64,000 nt of DNA from Myxococcota bacterium (GCA_039028615.1 JBCCHT010000015.1:64001-128000); one strand, 5' to 3'. Numbered from the stretch's first letter, positions 20,614 to 30,645 are shown. Program-made: numbers and translations. The notes: generated by a model not told the origin, from the letters alone.

Positions 20614-20931
20614 ATGAGCAACTCCATGTGTGCAGAATCTGCGTTCTGCCCTAGTTCGATGAAGTGACACTATCATAGTTGATGATCGCCCGGCAGGTAC
20701 GAATCGATCGGTAGGACTCGTTCCTCAGTGTCATATTTATTTACTGATGATTAATTAGACAGTGGGTGCGCCGTGCGTCGATCCGTCATTGGGGGGATAC
20801 GACCTCGCGGCTGCCGATTCTGCCGGCGAAAACGGCATGGGGGAGGCACTGGTGGATGGGGGCAGGACTGCGTGTTCGTGTCTACTACCGCCCCCACGAC
20901 ATCGGGTGGATGTCCAGATAGGATTGGTGAC

Positions 20932-21519
20932 ATGATGCGTTCTCTCGCCGTCACGATAGCCGCTGTTCTTTCGATCTCGTGCACCTCGGACGAGGGCAGC
21001 GGTGACGGGGAGGCCATGGGCACGCTCGACGATGGGTCCATGGACGACGACGCGGATGCCGGCGCCGACGCAGGGGCCATGCTGTCCTGTGAAGAGGTGA
21101 CCTTGGCGCCTCTGGACGAAGACCCGGATCAGGGGTTCATCGATGTGACCGACTTCTGCCTGGAGGAGATCAATCGATATCGTGCGATGGAGGGGCTGGA
21201 GCCGTTTACGATCCAGGAGGACGCCCGGTGTTGCTCAGCCCTCGAAGCTCGCCAGGCTTGGTTGGACGGAACCCACCACAATGGGGACTATTGTGACTGG
21301 CGGGCTCAAGGAGCGGCGGGCGGCGGGCGCAACCCCAACGGCGACGCGCGAAAGTCCATGGAGTGGGTCCCACGGCTATTCTACCAGGAGAAGGGCGACA
21401 CCTTCGAAGAGTCGGGCGGGCACTACCAGGCGATGATGCGGCCGGAGCCGCGGCCCATCGCCTGTGGATGGTACGGCCACGACCGAGACAACCATCGAGT
21501 GGTCGTCAACTACTGGTAG
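20932..21519 (+). CDS. CAP/SCP domain lipoprotein
   Basis: SISC lipobox; INRYRAMEGLEP, GTHH, GGHYQAMM...IACG. Confidence 0.75.
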   Translation: MMRSLAVTIAAVLSISCTSDEGSGDGEAMGTLDDGSMDDDADAGADAGAMLSCEEVTLAPLDEDPDQGFIDVTDFCLEEINRYRAMEGLEPFTIQEDARCCSALEARQAWLDGTHHNGDYCDWRAQGAAGGGRNPNGDARKSMEWVPRLFYQEKGDTFEESGGHYQAMMRPEPRPIACGWYGHDRDNHRVVVNYW

Positions 21520-21543
21520 CGTGCCCGAAGGGCGACCGACGGC

Positions 21544-22866
21544 CTACCCGAGGAGCCCGGGAAGGCCGCCCGTGCCGTGCCCCGTATAGCCGAACTCGTC
21601 GATCTCGACTCCGGCCATGTTGGCGATGGAGACCAGCAGCTTGGTGTGCGCGTCGTCGTCTCCGTCGACGGTCTCGCGGTAGTCCAGCGATCGACCGGTG
21701 ACCAGCTGGCCTCCGGCCCGCCCTGCGAGCATGAACGGCATGTCGAAGTGGCCGTGGCGGTTGCCATCGTTGATGTCGCTACCGAAAAAGACGATGGTGT
21801 CGTCGAGGAGGCTTCCGCTACCGCTGGGCATCGCCGCCAGCTGCTGGATGAGGTAGACGAACTGCTCACAGTAGAAGTGGCGGAAGGCGATGAAGTCTCG
21901 CGCCAGCTGGCCCTCGAGGTCGGTGCCGTAGTGCGATGACTGATGATGATTAGTTGCCTCCGAGGCCCCGACCCCGGGGATCGTTATGGGACTGACCGGC
22001 TTGGAGAACATCAACGAGGCGACATTGGTCAGCCCGCACGACAGGGCCAAGACCGTCAGGTCCATCTGCAGCTTGGCTACGGTGGCGAACTGATCGTTGC
22101 GTTCCCAAGTCTTGGGGTAATTGTCGTTTTCATCGATGACGAACCCCTCGGTATTCCACACGATCTCGTCGCACGAGCTGGTGAAGTCGCCCTTGATCTG
22201 GGCCTCGACCTCCCGGAGCGAGTCGAGGTGGATGTCGAGCTTCTCGCGCTCGGTACCCCCGAGGGTGGTGCGCAGTCGCAGGAGGTCGTCGATGGATCGG
22301 TCGATGACGCTCTCCGAGCGGATCTGCGCCCAGTCGGGGCCCGGGTCGGGAAGGTCGGCGTCCTGGAGATCGCCAAAGAGGCGGTCGAACGCGCTGAGGG
22401 GGTTGTCATCGGGCATCACGCTCTGGCCTTGGCCGATATACGAGATGCTCCCCGCCCAGTTCTTGAAGTTGGCGGCGACCCCCAGGCCTACCGTCTTGTG
22501 CGGCACACCCTTGCCCAGGTGATCGCCGAGGAAGATGTCGAGGGAGACGTCGTTGTTGCCGGTCAGGAGCTTCGCGACGCCGCCTTCGTGGGTTCCTTCC
22601 CCGCCGTACATGGTGAGGCCGCGGACGAACACCAGGTCGTCCACGATGGGCTCGAGGGGGGCACTCATCTCGGGGAGGGTGAAGTCGGTCACGCCTCCTT
22701 GGGGGTGCCACAGGTCGCTGATCACACCGTCGGGGGTGTAGACGAACAGCACCTTGACGTCGCCGGGGGCAGCGACGGCATTGCGACCAAGCGAGAGTGC
22801 GAATGGAGAGGCGACCCCGGCGGCGCCGAGCATCTTCAGGAACGAACGTCGTGTCTTGATCAACAT
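21544..22866 (-). CDS. DUF1552 family protein (Tat signal)
   Basis: TRRSFLK Tat motif; YTPDG, P.SAFDRLF, EREKLDIHLDSLREVE, LLDDT, MLAGRAGG; adjacent to DUF1592 partner. Confidence 0.9.
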   Translation of the reverse strand: MLIKTRRSFLKMLGAAGVASPFALSLGRNAVAAPGDVKVLFVYTPDGVISDLWHPQGGVTDFTLPEMSAPLEPIVDDLVFVRGLTMYGGEGTHEGGVAKLLTGNNDVSLDIFLGDHLGKGVPHKTVGLGVAANFKNWAGSISYIGQGQSVMPDDNPLSAFDRLFGDLQDADLPDPGPDWAQIRSESVIDRSIDDLLRLRTTLGGTEREKLDIHLDSLREVEAQIKGDFTSSCDEIVWNTEGFVIDENDNYPKTWERNDQFATVAKLQMDLTVLALSCGLTNVASLMFSKPVSPITIPGVGASEATNHHQSSHYGTDLEGQLARDFIAFRHFYCEQFVYLIQQLAAMPSGSGSLLDDTIVFFGSDINDGNRHGHFDMPFMLAGRAGGQLVTGRSLDYRETVDGDDDAHTKLLVSIANMAGVEIDEFGYTGHGTGGLPGLLG

Positions 22867-22870
22867 GGGT

Positions 22871-24535
22871 CTACTCCGTTCGAATCACGAAGGCATCGAG
22901 GAGAACGCGCTCGACGAACATCTCGCGCAGGTTGCCGCCATTGGCCGCGAGGCCCTCGTTGAGGGCGTCGATGGTGCATTGGTCTTCGGGGGTCACCGTG
23001 CGACCGCTCGTGAACCGCACGTAGTTCTCGACCACGCACGACGCCGTCGTGGGAGAGGCCGCGAGCACCTGTGCGAGCTCGTGGGGGCCGTCGAAGGGGA
23101 TGGGATCGGCCCCTGGCTCGAGGCTCGCCACTTCGCCCGAGGCGTCGATGGGGAGGTCGTTCTCCATGGCCCGGAACGCACCCACGCCGTCGTAGGACTC
23201 GAGCCCGAAGCCCACCGGATCGATGAGCAAGTGGCAGCCTCTGCACGCGGGATCGACCGAGTGCTGGCCGAATCGCTCGCGGGTGGTCGCGTCCGGATCG
23301 AGCTCGGGCGGGACGACATCCACGTCGGGCGGGGGAGGGGGCGGTGGCTGACAGAGCAGGTGATCCCGAACGAAGAGCCCCCGCAGCACGGGCGACGACT
23401 CGTTGGGGTGGGCATGGCTCGCGAGCACGCTGCCCATCATCAACAACCCACCACGTTCGGGGCCCGCGTCCACGCGCACCGGGACGCTCGAGCCAGGGGT
23501 GGGGAGCCCATAAAACTCCGCCAGGGTGTCGTCGACGAACACGTAGTCGGCCAGGAGTAGCTCTTCGACCGTCCCGGCACCCTCGTAGAGCACATGCTCG
23601 ACGAACGCCCGCTGTTCGGCCGCCATCGACTCGCGGATCTCCGGGGTGAAGTCGGGGTACAGCTGCTCGTCCTTGTTGACGTGCAGAAGCGGGCCGGTCC
23701 CGAGCCATTGCGTGAAGAACACGCTCAGCTGGGCCCGACCGCGGGGATGCTCGATGAGCCGTCGGGCGTGGGCTTCGATGCCGTCGGCCGAGTCGAGCTC
23801 TCCCGAGGCCGCGGCGTCGAACAGCTCGTTGTCCGGCATGGTGCCCCACAGCCCGTACGACAATGCCGAGGCCGTCTCGTAGGACGTCAGTCGGTAGAGC
23901 CCGTCGTCGCCGATCGGCTCACCGACTTCGGAGCGATACAGGAACTGGGGCGAGACCAGCATGGAGCGCAGGACCAATCGGACGCCCTCGTAGAAGTCGC
24001 CGTCGGTCCTCGCGGGGTCGAACAGCTCGAGGTAGAGATCGACCTCTTCGTCGGCCATCGGCCGCCGCATTGCCCGAGCACCCAGCGTCTCGATGAACAT
24101 GCGCGCGCAGTCGGGGTCGGCGGGCATGCAGCCGACCAGCGTGGCCCCGACTTGATCGACGGCGATGTCGGCCACCTCGCTCGCCAGCTCCATGTAGGCG
24201 TCCACGTGCCGCGCCGTGACCACGGCCGACGCATCGTTGTCGTAGTGCTCGATGGTCGCTTCGAGCGGGATGAGGTCGATCGGCGGCGGGGCGATGCCCA
24301 GCAGATCGGCCACGGTGGCCTCGTACTCTCGGCGCGTGAGCAGCCGAAGCATCCGCGGACCCGGTGCTCCTTGTTCGCACGCGAGCTCTCCGGCGGTCCC
24401 TCCGTCGCCCGACTCTTCTTCGCCATCTCCCCCTTCGGCCGCCGGGTCGAAACCGTCGATGCCTTTCCGACAGCCACCACCCATCGTCGCGAGCACCACC
24501 ATCGCGATTGCCGTCTTCCCAACTTCCATCGCCAT
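22871..24535 (-). CDS. DUF1587/DUF1595/DUF1592/DUF1588/DUF1585 domain lipoprotein
   Basis: RLLTRREYEATVADL, SPQFLYRSE, LSYGLWGTMPD, SSPVLRG, CRGCH..IDPVGFGLE.YDGVG. Confidence 0.9.
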   Translation of the reverse strand: MAMEVGKTAIAMVVLATMGGGCRKGIDGFDPAAEGGDGEEESGDGGTAGELACEQGAPGPRMLRLLTRREYEATVADLLGIAPPPIDLIPLEATIEHYDNDASAVVTARHVDAYMELASEVADIAVDQVGATLVGCMPADPDCARMFIETLGARAMRRPMADEEVDLYLELFDPARTDGDFYEGVRLVLRSMLVSPQFLYRSEVGEPIGDDGLYRLTSYETASALSYGLWGTMPDNELFDAAASGELDSADGIEAHARRLIEHPRGRAQLSVFFTQWLGTGPLLHVNKDEQLYPDFTPEIRESMAAEQRAFVEHVLYEGAGTVEELLLADYVFVDDTLAEFYGLPTPGSSVPVRVDAGPERGGLLMMGSVLASHAHPNESSPVLRGLFVRDHLLCQPPPPPPPDVDVVPPELDPDATTRERFGQHSVDPACRGCHLLIDPVGFGLESYDGVGAFRAMENDLPIDASGEVASLEPGADPIPFDGPHELAQVLAASPTTASCVVENYVRFTSGRTVTPEDQCTIDALNEGLAANGGNLREMFVERVLLDAFVIRTE

Positions 24536-24757
24536 GCAGATGCTGCGGCATCGATGAATTGATGAATTTATTTTCGCGGGGCGTAGAGCGTTGTTCTGAA
24601 CACTAAAACCACGATGTGCCAGTCGTCATACTCAGTTCCGGTCTGCGAATATTGCCGAAAATCTACCGAGTTTCGCGACTCCTCGCATACGACCGTACAG
24701 GTGGCACATTCGCGATTGAAGCGTTCGTGATCGAGCTGCTCTGGCCGTCGTTTCGTG

Positions 24758-24827
24758 GGGCTCAGCCCCCAGCGGCGGGGGCTTGCACACGCTCTTGCCG
24801 AGTCGTCGTCACGGTTGGGCTACGCTG
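24758..24827. repeat. 70-bp direct repeat, left copy
   Basis: GGGCTCAGCCCCCAGCGGCGGGGGCTTGCACACGCTCTTGCCGAGTCGTCGTCACGGTTGGGCTACGCTG, identical to 26962-27031. Confidence 0.97.
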
Positions 24828-24981
24828 AGTTCATGAGCGTGTCGGAAGTGAACCCCGACGTTTCCGCTGGACTCGACTCTTCGTAAGCCAGTCCGAGCGC
24901 GAGCCTCGGCTCCTCCGTTTTCCGTTGTAGGAATCGAGGAGCTTCAGCCAGTGGACGCCGCCCAGACGGCGGTGCATTGAG

Positions 24982-25926
24982 TTAGGGCCGTGACGTCAGC
25001 AGACGAGCGATAATCGAGGTGACGCCCGGGTATCGGAAATGCAGGACTCCCAACGCATCGCGATTCCCGTCCACGATCCCGTACAACATGTCGGCGAAAC
25101 CACTGGCGTCGGAGGTTGCGATTCGTTGGCACACCGCGGCGATCGTCGCTCTGAACTCGATCACGAGCTCGTTGTGTTCGGTGACCATATGCTCCACCGC
25201 CTGGTCCTCCGTCCATCCGTTCTCGCGTTGATAGGTGTGGACGAGGTTGAGGTCGTGCTCTGCATCCCCACCATCTCGGTCACGGACCAGTGAACCGAGG
25301 TCGTTGGCCAAGCACACGAGATCAACCACCTGCCGGCGGCATCGAGCGACGTCATCGCCCGTGAGCGAGTCGGCGTCGAGGGCCATCGTCATCATCCACA
25401 GGTCGATGTACGGCTCGATGAAAACGGTCTGTCGCCGGAAGTCCCAGTGCTCAGTCACGTTGAGAGCTTCTTGGCGGCTGCTTGGCTCCGCTCGTCGAAA
25501 CTCGAGGTAGTCGTGGAAGTTGCGAGTGAATGAATCGCGAACAATCCTCGGCGCTTGCGCGACTTCATCGGTTTCGGCGAGCCATGCTCGTAGCGGTGCG
25601 GTCAACGGACCCACCGACCACAGCTCATCGGCCGTGGTGAGGTCGGGTAGCTCTTCCGGTTCCGCGTCATCGATGCAGAAGAACAGGAGGCAAAAGCGTG
25701 CCGCGACATCTAGTTGGTGCGCGTTTGCGGTGGTCGGGCAGCACAAGTGCGCGTAGACACTGGCGACGACGACGGCGCGAACGTGCGGGGTATCTAACGT
25801 GGAGTCCCCGAACAGTTTCTTTTGCACCGCCCAAGAGGACGTCCGCATTGCAAGCGAATCGACCTCGGGCGTGTGCAAAACGGATTGAAACTCGTTAACC
25901 CGTGAACGAATCGCGTCGGGATTCAC
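24982..25926 (-). CDS. Class I terpene synthase family protein
   Basis: Asp-rich FCIDDAEPEE, RRQTV sensor Arg, NSE-type NDLGSLVRD, NLV, C-terminal RY; GTG start overlaps the upstream stop (GTGA). Confidence 0.85.
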   Translation of the reverse strand: MNPDAIRSRVNEFQSVLHTPEVDSLAMRTSSWAVQKKLFGDSTLDTPHVRAVVVASVYAHLCCPTTANAHQLDVAARFCLLFFCIDDAEPEELPDLTTADELWSVGPLTAPLRAWLAETDEVAQAPRIVRDSFTRNFHDYLEFRRAEPSSRQEALNVTEHWDFRRQTVFIEPYIDLWMMTMALDADSLTGDDVARCRRQVVDLVCLANDLGSLVRDRDGGDAEHDLNLVHTYQRENGWTEDQAVEHMVTEHNELVIEFRATIAAVCQRIATSDASGFADMLYGIVDGNRDALGVLHFRYPGVTSIIARLLTSRP

Positions 25927-26345
25927 TCCAGGCCCTGAACCTGTTCCGCGATCTTCGTCAGCGCTTCGCTCGTGGTCTGAGAATCGCTGATGTGCGTCAC
26001 GGCGGCTTCCAGCTCGGACCACGGGAAAGGCTTCACGTCGGCTCCCAGCCACGACAGTGCTGTAAGCACGCCTCGAGTCATCCTGTGGTCCGACACGACG
26101 GCCGTGGTGATCCCATGTCCGCGGAACGTGTCGGCAGCGGTTTTTCGCTGGGTGGCGTCGATGGTGGCCGCGCCGATGACCAGAGCAAACAACCGCTTGA
26201 TCTTCTGTGACTGCAAAGCTTCGATGAACGGGTCCCACGACTCCAAAGGGATTTTGTCGCCCTGAGTGCGAGTCACCGTCACCATCACGTTGTCTACGAT
26301 TTCCCACTGGTGGGGCTCAGACGAGCTGTACGTGATCCTGCTCAT
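25923..26345 (-). CDS. STAS/SEC14-like small protein
   Basis: IDATQRK...AVVSD..TRGVLTALSWLG..VKPF motif typical of myxobacterial STAS/SEC14 proteins; start trimmed to ATG 26345. Confidence 0.7.
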   Translation of the reverse strand: MSRITYSSSEPHQWEIVDNVMVTVTRTQGDKIPLESWDPFIEALQSQKIKRLFALVIGAATIDATQRKTAADTFRGHGITTAVVSDHRMTRGVLTALSWLGADVKPFPWSELEAAVTHISDSQTTSEALTKIAEQVQGLE

Positions 26346-26961
26346 TTTCGTTGGGCGCCTGGTCGGATGCGCCAGCTGACGGGAACGATACCAAAGTCCG
26401 TCTCGTCTGGGCACGACACCTCAGCCTGCGTGGGGTGAACCCGCAGGGCCCCTTGCATCGCGATGCACGATAGCTGGTCGCAAGCACGGTCGGTCCCGCC
26501 GAGAAAACGACCGGATGCTGGGCTGCGATACTGTCTGGGCACGTGGATCGAGACCATGCCTCTGGCCGCGTCGGCTCCTTAGCCGGCTCTGGGGAAGCGT
26601 TGGCAGTGGGTGTATCCGTGCCGTTGATCACCGAGCTCGGGTCCGGTTGTTTCAGGATAGGCCGGCAGCAGTGTTGCGTGTCCTGGGCGCGATGCGCGTC
26701 CAATCGGCTGCCAGCGGCCATCTGGGCACGTATCGCTGCCAGATTGTGATGTTTCATCGACGAATTCCCGAAAACGGGCGCGATTTTGAGGCGCCTATCG
26801 AGATCGCACGGGTGCGGTTCCCGTGAGCAAGCGAGGGGATCCCCTGCGCAGCTCGGAGCATCCTGCTCGGGTGTGTTCATTCGCAAACTGCCACCCGGTG
26901 GTTCTTGTCAACAAATACGAAGCTGCAGTTCGTGGGGCCTGAGCTTTGCTCATGTTCTCGA

Positions 26962-27031
26962 GGGCTCAGCCCCCAGCGGCGGGGGCTTGCACACGCTCTT
27001 GCCGAGTCGTCGTCACGGTTGGGCTACGCTG
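26962..27031. repeat. 70-bp direct repeat, right copy
   Basis: Base-for-base match to 24758-24827. Confidence 0.97.
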
Positions 27032-27161
27032 GTGGGGACGGAGGCGCCCGCCCGTTGCCGACTCGGTTGCCCCCCGTCGGAGTACTCCATTGCCCGGTGA
27101 GTCGAGCCGAGTTCCTTGTCCCGCGTGCCGTGGTTCCGAGGCCGAGCGCAGCTGGACGGGC

Positions 27162-28553
27162 GTGACCGAAGTCGACACCTTCGACATCGAGCTCGGGGCT
27201 CACACCGAGTACCACTTTCGTGAGTCCTGCCCCGCGTGCGGCTGGGCGCGGGAGGACGTCACACGTAGCCCTCCGGCGCACTGGCGAAAGCTGCAAAACC
27301 CCGAAGATCGGCTCTGGCACCACGGTTACGACGCGTTCGTGAAGAGCAGTGGGTTCCTCGAAGTCGAGGCCCGAGCAACGTCGCCGAGGCAGTGGGAGCG
27401 GCCCGCTCGCGATGACGTCTGCGCGTTGTTGCTGCGCCGCTTGGAGCACGACGCGTCGACTCCCGTCGCCGTGGAGTTCGAGACGGAGCGCGGCGTCTTC
27501 GAGTTCAGGCTTCGCCCCCTCGAGCTGGCGCGGGGAGTGGCCTCGCTGCGACTGCAGCTCGAGGAGGTCGATGTGGCACGGGCTTCGCTCGGAGACGAGA
27601 AGGACTCGGTCGTGGAGGTACGGACGCATGCGGGCCACCGCGTGGCCCATGTCGCGGCGGGCCGGGAGACCTTCGCGGTGACGCCGGCCGAGACTTGGTT
27701 CGGTGCCATCGATGCGATGTGGAACGAGCAGGTGCACTGGCGGACCACCAAGATCTACGACCACCTGTCGCCCAAGCTCGGTGAGGTCTATGCCGCGATG
27801 ACGGCCGGTCTCGGACGCACGCTCGGGCCACCCGCGCGGCACTCCGTCGAGCCGTTGGAGCTGATTGCCGAGCTGGCACCCGAGGTCGCGAGCGAGCTGC
27901 GGGGCACGAAGGGCCTCGGGGTGGATGGCGGCTTGCTGTGGCTCGGCCCGAAGCCCGTCGGCTCGCTGCCCTTTGCCGACCGCATGGCGCGTTGGCAGAT
28001 CGATGTCGAGCAGCACGAGGCGGCGGACGTGTTCTTCCTCGAGGCTCGGCCCGGGCGGTTGTTCCTGCAGTCGGCGGTGCGCGGCCGGTTCACGCTGTTC
28101 GAGGAATCGTGGTCGGCGGCTCACCCCCTCGGCGTCGGCGAGCGGCTCGCGTTTGCGTGGAGAAACCGCGGACACTTCGTCGACGGTCTGCGGCTGGTCC
28201 AGGGCCAGTTCGGCCCGGCCCAACGCGTGCGGGTTCCGAGCGACGCGGGGCTTTGCTTGCACTCGGTTCGCGCGAGGCAGCTCCAACCGATCGTGATCCC
28301 ACCGACCAACGGCATCGTCCTCGGCCGAGCCCCACACGCCCCCTTGTCGGTCGAGCACGAGATCCTGGGCAAGCGGCAGAGTGAGTTTGCCGTCGACGCT
28401 GGTGGATGGCGCGTCCGTGATGCCGGCAGCCCGTCGGGCACCCGACTCAACGGCGACGAACTCCGCGGCTGGTCCGAGCCGCTGTGCGTCGGCGACGAGG
28501 TCATGTGTGGAGGACTGTGCCTGGTCGTCCTGGACGAGACGGGAGAGCCGTGA
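27162..28553 (+). CDS. Protein with N-terminal CxxC and C-terminal FHA domain
   Basis: IVLGR...WRVRDAGSPSGTRLNG...LCVGDEV (FHA-like; canonical SxxH appears as GKRQ); CPACG near N-terminus; start uncertain. Confidence 0.65.
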   Translation: MTEVDTFDIELGAHTEYHFRESCPACGWAREDVTRSPPAHWRKLQNPEDRLWHHGYDAFVKSSGFLEVEARATSPRQWERPARDDVCALLLRRLEHDASTPVAVEFETERGVFEFRLRPLELARGVASLRLQLEEVDVARASLGDEKDSVVEVRTHAGHRVAHVAAGRETFAVTPAETWFGAIDAMWNEQVHWRTTKIYDHLSPKLGEVYAAMTAGLGRTLGPPARHSVEPLELIAELAPEVASELRGTKGLGVDGGLLWLGPKPVGSLPFADRMARWQIDVEQHEAADVFFLEARPGRLFLQSAVRGRFTLFEESWSAAHPLGVGERLAFAWRNRGHFVDGLRLVQGQFGPAQRVRVPSDAGLCLHSVRARQLQPIVIPPTNGIVLGRAPHAPLSVEHEILGKRQSEFAVDAGGWRVRDAGSPSGTRLNGDELRGWSEPLCVGDEVMCGGLCLVVLDETGEP

Positions 28554-28623
28554 GTGAGACCGCCCGGGCCTTCCGTATTGCCGGCGCTGCGTTCGGGTAG
28601 CCAAGCGGCTATCCTCTCGCCCC

Positions 28624-29367
28624 ATGCGGGGTCCGCTGCTCGCGTGCATCGTCGGAGGTCTGCTCGGGTTCGCGGCGTGCCTGGTGGACCTCGAGGACGG
28701 CATCGCGTGCGGCGACGGCTTCACGGACCGGGATGCGGGCGAGGACTGTGATCCCGGCGACCCGGCGGGATTCGTCGGCCTGTGTGGCGGGCAGGGGGGC
28801 AGCTGCAACCCCGACACCTGCCAGGAGGAGTGCTGTGGCGACCAGGCCGTCAACGGCACCGAGGAGTGCGACGGCATCGACCTCGGATTCGTGGGCCCCG
28901 GAGGCGACCCCATGGGCGGCGACAGCTGTGTCGGCCTGCTGATCCCGGGGACCCAGGTGGCGTTCACCAGCGGGCGCGCCGATTGCCGGGCCGATTGCCG
29001 CTACGACCTGAGCGAGTGCTCGCTGTGCGGCAACGGCCGGCTCGATCCCGAGTTCCCCTCGGGTAGCGGGACGAACGTACCGGCCGAGGTCTGCGACGGT
29101 GATGCCTTCGATGAGGCTCAGCTGTCGGCGCAGTGTCGTCAGGTCTGCCCCGCGCCCGCGGGTGTCACCTTGGAGTGTGCCTTCGAGTGTGCGGGCTGCC
29201 GCCTCATCGAGCTGCAGGAGCCGGCCCAGTGCTGCATCCGCGCGGGCAGCCCGATCTCGGGCTCGTCGTTGCCGTGCTGTTGCCAGCTCGACCCCGATGG
29301 CTGCGACGAGCCGGGGTTGTCCTCGAGCGGCGACCCGCAGTGCCCGGGCGTCAAACAGGCACCCTGA
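28624..29367 (+). CDS. Cysteine-rich lipoprotein (myxobacterial Cys-rich repeat type)
   Basis: FAAC lipobox; CGDG...EDCD, CGD...EECDG, CGNG...EVCDG. Confidence 0.8.
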   Translation: MRGPLLACIVGGLLGFAACLVDLEDGIACGDGFTDRDAGEDCDPGDPAGFVGLCGGQGGSCNPDTCQEECCGDQAVNGTEECDGIDLGFVGPGGDPMGGDSCVGLLIPGTQVAFTSGRADCRADCRYDLSECSLCGNGRLDPEFPSGSGTNVPAEVCDGDAFDEAQLSAQCRQVCPAPAGVTLECAFECAGCRLIELQEPAQCCIRAGSPISGSSLPCCCQLDPDGCDEPGLSSSGDPQCPGVKQAP

Positions 29368-29448
29368 CCACACGGCGAGCCGCCCGATGCCCGCGGATCC
29401 GTGAGGACCGACGAGCACCGGGCAGATGCGATTTCAGGTGTCCGTGCG

Positions 29449-30645
29449 CTACCAGCAGCGCATGTAGTTGTGACCGGACTGCGAGAAGCGGTGGCAGGCG
29501 GTGCCGCCGTCCTGCGGGGTCAGGTTGATGCCGTTGATCATCAAGCGGGTCTCGATCCACTCGATCTTGTCCTCGGTGGCGGCCCACCACATCGTGTCAC
29601 CCGGGTAGCCGCAGTAGGGGCTGCCCAGCACGATCTGCGAGGCCATGCCGCCTACGAGGTCGTAGCTGACGTTGTGGGAGCCGCGGTTGAGCCGGGCGGG
29701 GCCGCCCGAGTCCTGCTTGCAGATGCGAGCGCCACCCTGCAACACGTCGTCGGTGAAGTAGCGGGTATAGGCGGAGTTGACCGTGCCGTGGCCGTAGCGG
29801 AGCACGCCCGCGCCGCTGCCATCGTGGGCCGCGATGCCCCAGCCGAGGAAGATGATGTTGTCGCCGCCGTCGATGCCGGAGGTCAGCACGCGGAGGGTAT
29901 CGGCGCCCGCGTCGACGCCCGCTACGGCGGTGTCGAAGACCATCAGGCCGATGTCGTCGCCGGGGTCGCCCACGCCGGTGTAGTCGATGTGGCGATAGAA
30001 GGTGGCGTTCTTGGTCACGAAGTTCTGCACCGAGCCGTTTTCCTCGCGCCGCAGGGCGAAGGAACGGTAGCCCGGCTGGAAGCAGTGGGCCGCGGTGAGC
30101 ACCACGCGGGGGTGGATCATCGTGCCGGAGCAGCCACTGCTCGAGCCGGCGTTGTACTTGATGCGCACGACGGCGTCGTTGTTCGACTCGCCATCGGCTT
30201 CTCCGATCTTGTCGACCTGATCGGCCCCGGGCTCCTCGGGGTACAGCTCGCGCACGGGCTCGGGGGTGGTGGCCGCGACCTCGGCCTCGTAGTCTCGCCG
30301 CAGCCGCTGGTACTCGCGGGCGTCGTCGCAGGTCTCGACCGCCTGCAGCCCGGAGAACTCGCGCCAGTCGGTATCCTCGTCGAGCTCGTCGTTCATGCGG
30401 TCGACGAGGTAGTGCTCGGTGCGCTGATCGATCTCGCCGTCGGCCAGCTCGGCCTGCCACACGGCGCAGATGGTCATGTCGCCCTCGAGGTAGGGGTAGT
30501 CGCCGTCCAGTAGCTCGTACTCGGGCTCGTGCTCGGTCTGCAGCTGGGCGGGGTCGTCGGTGGGCTCCTCGGCACAGCCTCCCAGCAGGATGGAGAGGCC
30601 GAGCGCGGCGGTCGAGGAGCGTACGAGTCGTGAGTATCGAAGCAT
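29449..30645 (-). CDS. Trypsin-like (S1) serine protease lipoprotein
   Basis: CSGTMI..VLTAAHC, DIGL, CKQDSGGP catalytic triad; LGGC lipobox. Confidence 0.92.
   Translation of the reverse strand: MLRYSRLVRSSTAALGLSILLGGCAEEPTDDPAQLQTEHEPEYELLDGDYPYLEGDMTICAVWQAELADGEIDQRTEHYLVDRMNDELDEDTDWREFSGLQAVETCDDAREYQRLRRDYEAEVAATTPEPVRELYPEEPGADQVDKIGEADGESNNDAVVRIKYNAGSSSGCSGTMIHPRVVLTAAHCFQPGYRSFALRREENGSVQNFVTKNATFYRHIDYTGVGDPGDDIGLMVFDTAVAGVDAGADTLRVLTSGIDGGDNIIFLGWGIAAHDGSGAGVLRYGHGTVNSAYTRYFTDDVLQGGARICKQDSGGPARLNRGSHNVSYDLVGGMASQIVLGSPYCGYPGDTMWWAATEDKIEWIETRLMINGINLTPQDGGTACHRFSQSGHNYMRCW

Noticed and set aside
21544..24535. DUF1592/DUF1552 pair as a novel system
   Set aside because: Function unknown, but a well-known and widespread pair in myxobacteria and planctomycetes; nothing unusual in this copy.
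24758..24827. 70-bp repeat as a tRNA/tmRNA 3' end or a CRISPR repeat
   Set aside because: No TTCGA T-loop, cloverleaf or CCA end on either strand; only two copies 2.2 kb apart; no cas genes.
26317..26886. 189-aa and overlapping short ORFs inside the islet as a possible recombinase
   Set aside because: No tyrosine/serine recombinase or DDE motifs and poor codon bias; treated as non-coding leader.
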